24,003 nt of DNA. Source: Piromyces finnis finn. Lineage: Eukaryota; Fungi; Neocallimastigomycota. The notes beneath the pieces were generated by a model. The model was not told the origin of the DNA. It searched no databases and worked only from the letters and a program-made list of their open reading frames with translations. Positions 12,877-21,190 of the stretch are shown piece after piece. The stretch lies in the NCBI GenBank assembly GCA_002104945.1, contig MCFH01000148.1, positions 1 through 24,003 on the forward strand, given 5' to 3'. Made by a program: the position numbers and the translations under genes. Every line of letters starts with the position of its first letter. Positions within the stretch are counted from its first letter, which is position 1.

Positions 12877-12891
12877 AAATAAACTTTATTT
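12877..12891. terminator. Candidate bidirectional poly(A) signal AAATAAA-C-TTTATTT in the viral 3' intergenic region
   Basis: Lies between the convergent cap and rep stops. The identical motif is present in EVE2 at 19164-19178. Confidence 0.5.
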
Positions 12892-12940
12892 AATTTATTA
12901 TAATTCTAGTGTTATCTACATTATCAATAACTTCATAATT
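12890..12940 (-). pseudogene. rep: Rep C-terminal tip of EVE1
   Basis: NYEVIDNVDNTRIIIN* matches the Rep2 end EYSVEDTVDNTRIVIN*. Confidence 0.85.
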
Positions 12941-12942
12941 TT

Positions 12943-13421
12943 AGGTGTTTTTATAATATTAGTTAATAAGTTATATAATTTAGTTAATTAAGTTAGTTAT
13001 TACCTCTCTATACGAGTTAATAACTAAATAAGTTTATAAAAAATAATAAAAGAAAAATAAATATTATAACACAGAATAAATACAAGTATATATAAATATT
13101 ATTATGAAATAAATTACTTAAATAATTAATTTTAATTATATCTTTATTTATTTAGTATAATTATAATACATTAATTATTATTATAGTTACTAATTTACTT
13201 TAATACTAACGCTAAAGTATTTTACGTTAGTTTAACTATACTATTTAACTATATTAGTTTATTTTCTTTACCACTTGATTGGGTAAAGCAAATAAACTTC
13301 CTATTTAATTAATACCATTAATATATGGTTATACATATATCTGGCCAATAAATGGTGACCAGAAAATATGGTTTCAATTGAAATATTTGTGGGCAACTTA
13401 TGGCCACAAATATTTCTTACA
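12943..13421 (+). repeat. Third, diverged copy of repeat D, 5' end clipped at the EVE1 junction
   Basis: Collinear with 6260-6744 (ctctatacgagttaataac, accacttgattgggtaa, ttatggc...ttcttaca). Confidence 0.8.
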
Positions 13422-14986
13422 ATAGATTCGTTGCATATAAAATTACTTTAATGTGATATTCTATTATTTTAAAGAAAAAAAGTTTAAAAAAAAATAGTAG
13501 AGAGTGTTTTTTTGGAAAAGAGAAATAAAAAGGAATTTATATCATAACACTGTAAATTAGTATAATATATTTATAGGTTTAAATAATTTATATAGTGGAT
13601 TAATACATTAGGTTTTTTCTCTATTCTAATTGTAAAGTATAATAAATTAAATTATTATAACACACAAAAAGTAAGAATTTAAAATAATAAAACAAATTCA
13701 AAACTTATTTATAACTTTATATTTTAATCTGAGTTTCCTTATTATTGTGTTATTAATATATTATTTTATAATTCCCAACTTGCTTATCCTATTTAATATA
13801 TTGATACTTGATTTATTATATATAAAAAATCTGTATCACCCAATTGTAAGAATAATAATTATTTATTGAATAATTATTAATTCTTATTTAATTATTTTTT
13901 TAACTATTAATTAATTAATTATTTAAATTATTAGCATACATTCATTTAAATTACTATAAACATTTATTTTATTAATATTAATTATTCATTTACTTAATTT
14001 AAATTTATTTAATATTATATTATTAATTATTTATTTAATTAGTAAATTATTTAAAATAATAGTAAACATTCATTTATTTTATTAATTAAAATTTTTGTAT
14101 TACATTTTATAAGAACATTATGTATTTTATTTTACATTTGTATTTTGTTTATGTATCGTATCTTGAATAACTTATAGAAACAATTAGAAGATATAAATAA
14201 ATATTAGGAAAAATTGGATATTAAGGTTTTTTCGAAATATATTTCGGTTTTACTTAATATTACGATGATTGATATATTAGTTATCAATCGAATATCTTTT
14301 TAGGTTTTTCTTCTAGTCTTTTCCTAAAAAGATTATTTGTTAAGATTAGATATTCTTTATTAAACTTTAAATTATTAAATAACATTATAAATAAAAGAAA
14401 TCTGGAATTCCACTAAAGAATCCAGAGTTATTATTATAAGAACTATTATAATAAATAACCTTTATTAAAAAACAATATTAATAAAACATTTTAAATTAAA
14501 TAACATTAAAGTTTTGTGTTGTTTATTATATTTCCTTATAATAAACTCTTATTTAAGATAAGTATAAAATTTTATTTATTTTAATTTCTCAGTTTAATAA
14601 TACTAATTATTGTTAAATTGTAGATAATAATTATTATTATATAATATAAATAATAATAATTATTACACCAATATGTAAGAAACATAGATAAATTCTATAT
14701 AATTTATCTATTTTCTTATTAATTAATATTTATTATAATATTTATTATTATTTATTGTTTAATACATTAATTTAATACATTATTTAATACATAATTTGAT
14801 ACATTAATTAAATAAATTAATTAAATACATTGATTAAATACATTGTTTTATTACATTAATTTAGTTGTATCATTTTAACCAATCCATGTATAATGTATTA
14901 AATTACTATAAAAGGATAATCTTGATTCTCTTTTGAAAAATCAAGAGTTATTATTATATAAATTTATTAATAAATAAAGTATTAAT

Positions 14987-15265
14987 TATTTTAAAAGTAA
15001 TGTTTATCTAACGTGTGTTTTTATATTTAAGTGTTAATATTTATTATTTTTGTTTATTATTATTTTAAAAGTAATGTTTATCTAACGTGTGTTTTTATAT
15101 TTAAGTGTTAATATTTATTATTTTTGTTTATTAGTATTTTTATATAATAAACTCGAAATTAATGTTTTTATTTTCTTTCTCAAATTGGTAATATTTTTGT
15201 TTATTAGTATTTTTATATAATAAACTCGAAATTAATGTTTTTATTTTCTTTCTCAAATTAGTAAT
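14987..15265. repeat. Two adjacent tandem duplications (2 x 74 bp, then 2 x 73 bp)
   Basis: gtaatgtttatctaacgtgtg at 14997 and 15071; ctcgaaattaatg at 15152 and 15225. Confidence 0.9.
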
Positions 15266-16109
15266 AGTTAATTATTTAATTATTATTAATTTGTAGAAGA
15301 AGTTATTTATAATTTATTTATAAGTAACTTCTTACACAATACCAACTTGACCATTGTAAAATATTCTAAACTAGTTCAGGTTTGTATACGTACACTAAAC
15401 TAAATTAACACAATTAGACTAATTAATTTTAATAATATTTTATTTATTTATTTATTTTAAAACTATACTAACTAAACAACCGTTGATTACTTTACCGTGA
15501 AGGTTATTTTACCAGGGCCCTCACTAGGTAATCAATATATATTTTTATTATTTAAAACAAAACTAATTATAACTAATGTTAATTTATCTAAACAAAATTA
15601 ACCTATACGATTTTCCAACTATCGTTTCAATAGTTGATAAATTTTCTTTATTTATACTTTTTAAATAAATTGATTATTTGTATTAAACTATTTAAATTCA
15701 AATTATTTAATAAAGAATTTTCTAAATTTAAAATAAAGTTTTGATTTATTTACTATATGGTTGATTATATTTCAAACATATATTTAATTTATTTATTTCT
15801 AATTTTGAGGCTTAGTTTATAAAAAAAATTTTTTTATTATTTAAAATATTTATTGGTTAAAATTTATTTAATTTAAAATTTTATTTTATCATCGAAAACT
15901 TTATCTTATCATAAAATTAAATTTTACATAAATTTATGTAAATGTATTGTGATATTAAATGTTTGTAAAATTTACGGTACATTAATTTAATATATTATAC
16001 ATTATTTTAAATACGTATTAAATACATTATTTTATTAATACAATATTTTACAACCATCTGCTAAATCATTAATTCTTAAACATGATAAATGATTGATTTT
16101 TGATTTAAT

Positions 16110-17220
16110 TTATCCTTTTCGGTTATTTAGTAAAATCCATAATGAATTATCATTATCATTATTGCAACTTGTAAAGATATCAAACGCCTCAACTTGATAT
16201 CTTTAATGTAACTTAAGCCACAAGTATTATTGTTTAAGTTACACAAATTATATTCAGAAAAAGAAAATGAGACATAATTTATTTATTAATAATTAAAGTT
16301 TAAAACAAAATAAATTATTAATTTATTTTTAATGTTTAACAAGTAAATTAATATTCTCAATTTAAATCCCTAGTTTTAGTGTTGTTTTTTTATAGAAATA
16401 GATAAATAATAAATGATTAATATATCAATAATACATGGGCACATATTCAAATTAAATAGTACTTAATTTGAATTGCCAATTGTATTTTACTAAAAATAGT
16501 TATAGTTTAAATATTTATTAATAATTAAGATTTTAGTGTAGATTTTAAATAATAATATATAAGAAATAAATAGTTATAATATAATATAAATGTATTTAGG
16601 AAAAATATAAATAGAAGATATTTTTCATCATTTTATCGATGTAATTGTTATTATTAAAATTCTATTATAATAAAAGATATTTTTAATAAAACAATTTTTA
16701 TTTTTATTTTAAATTTAGTGTTATTGTAATAGAATAGATATCCTAATCTATTCTTTCAGTGTTCAACATTACACAACTTCCATAAATAATCTTACTATCG
16801 ATTCCTTTACTTTCTAAAACTTGTAAACATTTATCGAAATAAGTATTATAAAACTTTATTATTTGTGATTTAGGATCTATAATTGGGAAGTAGTTATTAT
16901 CTTCGAGATCAAACGATAATTTCCACACACTTTTATTTTCGGTACAGTTTATTAATTTCAGTGTTCCGGTTTCTTCGTTAATAATTTCTATACATTTATT
17001 ATTATATTGTAATAAATTTGAGTTTATATTATTAAATTTATTACTATCCTTACACAATTCAATATTTAGTGCTGCTGTTTGATTGGCGTTTATGGTTAAG
17101 CATAAGGAACAGTCGTAGACATTCACTAAATATCCGTCTTTATGGTTGTTATAGTCTGGTATGTACCATTGTTGGGATTCATCGTCAGGATTACAAATAT
17201 CTAGAATAGCTTCGTACTTT
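16110..17220 (-). pseudogene. Ricin-B/beta-trefoil lectin-like gene remnant, split by a solo LTR and 5'-truncated by viral DNA
   Basis: LDICNPDDESQQWYIP, CLTIN, NKCIEI, SVWKL, DKCLQV. Removing the LTR and one TSD restores IIYGSCNNDNDNSLWILLNNRKG*. Confidence 0.7.
16170..16773 (+). mobile_element. Solo LTR, family C, with 5-bp TSD CAACT
   Basis: TGTAAAGATATC...CATTACA. CAACT at 16165-16169 and 16774-16778. Near-identical to the reverse complement of 21953-22570. Confidence 0.95.
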
Positions 17221-17263
17221 ATGCTAAAGGATTAACTGTCAAAATGAAATTTTTGGAAGTCAT
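17221..17263 (-). pseudogene. rep: Rep N-terminal stub of a third virus (EVE-X)
   Basis: MTSKNFILTVNPLA*, compared with MGAKNFILTLNPSAL and MGYKNFILTLNPIAL. It sits directly beside a nonanucleotide. Confidence 0.85.
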
Positions 17264-17310
17264 CGTTCGAAAAGCTGTCTGTATAGTATTACCTAGGATA
17301 GCTTACGGAC
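17263..17310 (+). other. Left (hybrid) rolling-circle origin; nonanucleotide TAGTATTAC at 17284-17292
   Basis: Imperfect 5' arm aagctgtctg and 3' arm ctaggatagctt. Confidence 0.9.
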
Positions 17311-17320
17311 GAAAACGTTC

Positions 17321-17330
17321 TTTATATATT
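17321..17330. promoter_or_regulatory. Candidate TATA element next to the origin (also at 20228-20237)
   Basis: tttatatatt is conserved after both origins and reads TATATAAA on the minus strand toward rep. Confidence 0.45.
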
Positions 17331-17644
17331 TTTTCGCGTAACACATGAAAAAATTTTTAATTGGATAAGCCTCTAAATATTATTGACCAATAATATTTGA
17401 GGCGTTTACATTATTGTATACAATAATGTATAATATATTGTAATGTACATTAAATTAAAATACATTAATTTAATTAATTACAACATAAAGTATCGTGACA
17501 CATAGATGTCACGTGATAAGAAATTCAGAATATGTAATTCGATGGCATGAAAAAATCAAAAAAAAATAGTCGAACTTTCGACACCTCGACAAGTCCGGCC
17601 TAAAGAAAAAAAAAAGATTTTTTCAGCGGAAAGCAGAATGAAAT

Positions 17645-19114
17645 ATGGCGAATGGAGTATCAGGTGACCTATTTGGAACCTTATTTTCTCTGAAAAGTAT
17701 AAAAAGAGAAAATATTTCTCCCTTTTTCTTTATGGGAAAATACAATTTTCCTAGTTTTAATACTAGAGTCGATTATTCTAACGCGTTAAAAGCTTTAGCT
17801 GGTGCAGCAGTCGGTTCTTTTACGAGTTCTATGAGTAAAGGTAGGAAAAAGGGTAATGGAAAGTACCCGAGTGGTGGAGGTAAGTCCTCTAGACGTAGAA
17901 AGACTGGAAGAAAGTCGAAGCCCAAGTTTATTGGATTACCAGTCGGTACTAAAACAAGAAAGAGACGTAAGTACAATAGAGTCAGGAATGTCAAGGCCGA
18001 TGTCAATGGATATACAAAGACATTTAAGAAACAAAGGGTTACTAAACAACAACAACGTAAGATTAATAGAGCATTTAAAGAAGGCGTTAGTCCATATGTT
18101 ATTCAAGATGAGTTTAATTATCTTGATACTAAACCTGGTTCTACTAATGCTGTTAAGTGGGTATGGGAGTGTAATGCTACTTTTAGAAATCTTTGCGACG
18201 CTTGGCAAATGACCAATGTTACAGATAATCAACAGGCATCTGGAAACAATAATAGTTTTGGACCTTCAGTTCAATATTCACAAATGACTGAAAATAATGC
18301 TCTCTATTTTAGTCAACATCAATATAAATATGAAATTTATAATCCTACTAATTATGATATGAATCTTGTTATTTATGATATAATTTGTAAGGAAGAAACT
18401 CCTGGAAGTGTTGAAAGAGGTGGATGGGATAAAAGAAGTACTATTCAGAATGAATTGTCTAGTACTGATTATTTCACTCCTGTTAATCTAATGTGTAGAG
18501 GTAATGATGGTATTGCAGATGTTGTTCCTGGTACAGGATATACAGGAGATTTGGCTATTGTAACAGATTCTAGTTCGCGTACTGGAACAGATGTATTTGA
18601 TATACAAATGAAACCCACTGATAGTTATCCTTTTAATGTTTATTGGAAGGTCGTTAAAAAAAGAATTTTAAGATTACAACCTGGTGCAACACATACGCAT
18701 GTGTTTACATATAGACCGAAAATGCTCTTAAAAAGAGGTTATTGGGCATGGAAGTATAAAAAACATTTTAAAAATATTTCCAATACCATGGCCAATGCAG
18801 GTATTCCTGGATTTACTTGTGGTACACTATTTAAATTTTGGGGACAAGTAAGTGGTGATACTGAAAGTTCACAAATAACAGATGGTACTGTTGTACAACC
18901 TTCTAATAGAGTTTGTACTTTAAGTGGTAGAATAATGATTAAAACATTCCATGAACAAAAACATTATAGAATTGATCCAAAGACTAAATATACACTTGTA
19001 AAACATCAACAACAATGGACTCCAGTTGATGAAGAAGATTTACAAGTTGTTACAGATGTTCATATATCAGATCCAAATGATGATAGAATACCAGAATCAC
19101 AGTTTGGTGATTAA
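17645..19114 (+). CDS. cap: CRESS-DNA virus capsid protein, up to 489 aa (true start may be a downstream Met), intact
   Basis: R/K-rich arm SRRRKTGRKSKPK...RKRRKYNR; conserved blocks shared with the EVE1 capsid; converges on rep. Confidence 0.87.
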   Translation: MANGVSGDLFGTLFSLKSIKRENISPFFFMGKYNFPSFNTRVDYSNALKALAGAAVGSFTSSMSKGRKKGNGKYPSGGGKSSRRRKTGRKSKPKFIGLPVGTKTRKRRKYNRVRNVKADVNGYTKTFKKQRVTKQQQRKINRAFKEGVSPYVIQDEFNYLDTKPGSTNAVKWVWECNATFRNLCDAWQMTNVTDNQQASGNNNSFGPSVQYSQMTENNALYFSQHQYKYEIYNPTNYDMNLVIYDIICKEETPGSVERGGWDKRSTIQNELSSTDYFTPVNLMCRGNDGIADVVPGTGYTGDLAIVTDSSSRTGTDVFDIQMKPTDSYPFNVYWKVVKKRILRLQPGATHTHVFTYRPKMLLKRGYWAWKYKKHFKNISNTMANAGIPGFTCGTLFKFWGQVSGDTESSQITDGTVVQPSNRVCTLSGRIMIKTFHEQKHYRIDPKTKYTLVKHQQQWTPVDEEDLQVVTDVHISDPNDDRIPESQFGD

Positions 19115-19180
19115 TAAATGTAAATATAAAACAATTAATAAATAAATAAATGGGTATGGTGTAAAATAAACTTTATTTAA

Positions 19181-20167
19181 TTAATTTATTACAATTCTTG
19201 TGTTATCTACAGTGTCTTCAACACTATATTCTTCTAACTGGTTAAAGTCAGTTCTATAACCAATTGGAAGACCACCTAAATGAACTCTTTCAGGTGGGTA
19301 CATGTTAATTAATTCTATTCTTCTTTCCCACTGTTCTCTTCTTTCAAATTCATCTACATTTCTATAGATAGATGAAAGTTTTTGAACAGAAGTAAAAATG
19401 ATTAATTTATAATTATTTTTAGCAGAACCACCTTTAATATTTAAATTATGAACTCTATAATCAATTAAATTAATAAATTCTTCCGGTTTCATAACACCAG
19501 CTCTAAAGTCATCAAAGACAGCAACTTCAGATGGATTATCTAAAGTTATACCAGAATAAAAACCAGATTTATCGTACTTTAATTCATCAAAGTACATTTC
19601 ATCTGGGTCTTCAATACCTTTATCGTTATAGTATTTTCTAATTAATTCTTCAGCCCTTTCTGATTTTCCTATAGCAGAAGGGCCTTGGATGTAATAAACC
19701 TTTACGTGCTTTCTCCAAGAACCTAATGATAATCTGTTCTTCTTCTGTAAATTTATCTTCTGATAAGTGTTGTAGAGTATTGCAGGCAACTCCTTTGGGT
19801 CGTTGCAATCCTCTAGATAACCTATTGTAAAATTTCCACCTTTAAGAACTGGTTCACCTTCTTCTTAAATAAGCATAGCAGTAACTCCTTCTCTAACATG
19901 TTTCTCATCTTCTGCTTTACAATATCTTATATTTTGTTGAGCAGAACCATAACAACGTTCTAAATGAGCACCTTTAAGTCTTCTAATAGATAAATTCTTT
20001 GAATTTTGATATTGAACAAAAATATGGTAGTGTTTTTGTGCTTGACCTATATGTTCAGTAACCAAAAAATACTTCAATCCCACTAAAGATTTAAGATAAG
20101 TTTTGATGTCAGCATAAAATTCCAAGGCACTTGGATTCAAAGTTAAAATAAAATTTTTCGCACCCAT
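19181..20167 (-). pseudogene. rep: Full-length Rep (HUH endonuclease plus SF3 helicase, 328 codons) with one in-frame TAA at 19865-19867
   Basis: Motif I FILTLN, II HYHIF, III YCKAE; Walker A GPSAIGKS, Walker B VFDDF, motif C IIFTSV, Arg-finger-like WERRI. The two ORF-track pieces are in one frame (...AMLI*EEGEPVLKGG...). Confidence 0.95.
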
Positions 20168-20177
20168 AGTCCGATAA

Positions 20178-20212
20178 AAGCTATCCTAGTATAGTATTAC
20201 CTAGGATAGCTT
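20178..20212 (+). other. Right rolling-circle origin stem-loop; TAGTATTAC at 20192-20200
   Basis: Perfect 12-bp stem aagctatcctag/ctaggatagctt with an 11-nt loop. Confidence 0.97.
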
Positions 20213-20247
20213 ACGAACGAAACGTCCTTTATATATTTTTTCGCGTT

Positions 20248-20368
20248 ATAATAATTTGGGCATGGACACTTCCACGACACTTAGATTTTTTTTTTCAAAA
20301 ATTAAAAATTTCCATTTTTTGAAAAAAAAATCTAAGTGTCGTGGAAGTGTCCATGTCCAAATTATTAT
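20248..20368. repeat. 55-bp-arm inverted repeat with 11-nt loop
   Basis: 20248-20302 pairs with 20314-20368 with one G-T mismatch. It extends to 20242-20374 with wobble pairs. Confidence 0.95.
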
Positions 20369-20487
20369 GACGTGCCAGTGTCCATAATTTTTTGGGTCGT
20401 CCGGCGAAACGACCCTTAGGACGAGCAATGTCACAATAACATAAAAATTTAAAAAATTTGGACACATGGAAAAGAATTCAAAGTATA

Positions 20488-21190
20488 TGTAAAGATATAA
20501 TATATATCTTTAGATTATTTAATAACGAATTATTAATTATCAAATAATAAATTAATATTTAGTAAAATTAATTATAAAATTTTTGAATAAATTTTATGGA
20601 ATAATTTAATAATAAATTATTTTATAATAATTCCGTTATATTTAAATTAAGATAAATATTTAAATTTAAGGAATAAAAGAATTTTAATTAAATTTAAATA
20701 TTTCAAATATTTTAAATAATTAAAATATTTTTTAAATACTTTTTATTTAATTTTAGAATAAATTATATTTTTTTATTTAAATTTAGAATAACTTAATAAT
20801 TTTAACTTAGTTTTAATTCAATTTTGAGTTTACTCAAATTGAATTAAAAGTATAATGAATTTGTTTTAGTTTAGTTCTTTTATTTTATTATTTAATTAGA
20901 TTAGTGTTGTTTATTTTATATTAAATATATGTTTATTTAAATAGAATAATATGTTAGAATATAATTATGAAAAAATATAAATACATGTAATTTTTGTTTA
21001 TTAAATCGATGTAATTGTTATTTTCAATTTTTTAATTATTAACTATTATATAGTTAATAATATTTTTAAGAGTTTAAATAAAAATGTTTTTTTTAAAAAT
21101 AAAAATTTAATGTTTTATTTTTTATTTTTGTGTTAATAAAAATTGTTTTGTTTTAAGTATGAAATCTGTTTTAAATCTTATACTTTTACA
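20488..21190 (+). mobile_element. Solo LTR, family B-related, with 5-bp TSD GTATA
   Basis: TGTAAAGATAT...TTTTACA. GTATA at 20483-20487 and 21191-21195. Collinear with 4969-5691. Confidence 0.93.

Larger units (their letters stand above)
11143..12940. mobile_element. Endogenous CRESS-DNA virus EVE1 (Rep 5' part, capsid, 3' intergenic region, Rep 3' tip); origin missing
   Basis: Ambisense rep/cap homologous to EVE2, opened inside rep. Only 21 nt separate the rep and cap start codons. Confidence 0.9.
17291..20198 (+). mobile_element. Endogenous CRESS-DNA virus EVE2, complete 2908-nt nick-to-nick genome (cap on the nonamer strand, rep complementary)
   Basis: Bounded by two TAGTATT|AC sites within 27-bp direct repeats (17281-17307, 20189-20215). 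Contains the 5' intergenic region, cap, 3' intergenic region and full-length rep. Confidence 0.93.

Noticed and set aside
6260-13421. Composite retroelement bounded by two repeat-D copies carrying gypsy pol and the viral capsid
   Set aside because: Outer flanks (acaat vs ataga) are not a TSD, the D copies are visibly diverged, the right copy is clipped, and D is not element A's LTR.
14755-14860. aatacatt-type minisatellite
   Set aside because: Degenerate low-complexity AT repeat, ordinary at this base composition.
14987-15265. CRISPR-like array
   Set aside because: Plain tandem duplications with no unique spacers and no cas genes, in a eukaryotic context.
15500-15530. Helitron 3' end (hairpin plus CTAG)
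   Set aside because: CTAG is followed by G rather than T, and no matching 5' TC terminus or RepHel sequence was found.
19865-19867. TAA read as an amino acid (alternative genetic code)
   Set aside because: Both capsids and the rest of Rep have no internal TAA/TAG and end in TAA, so a single nonsense change or error is simpler.
19840-19900. Intron removing the Rep2 stop
   Set aside because: No convincing donor or acceptor, and the flanking residues read as continuous Rep sequence in one frame.
20246-20467. 73-aa minus-strand ORF
   Set aside because: It runs through the long inverted repeat and homopolymers and has no recognisable motif.
17221-20482. Simple greater-than-unit-length repeat of one virus
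   Set aside because: The duplicated ends differ in Rep N-terminus and intergenic sequence, and the stem extensions pair crosswise.
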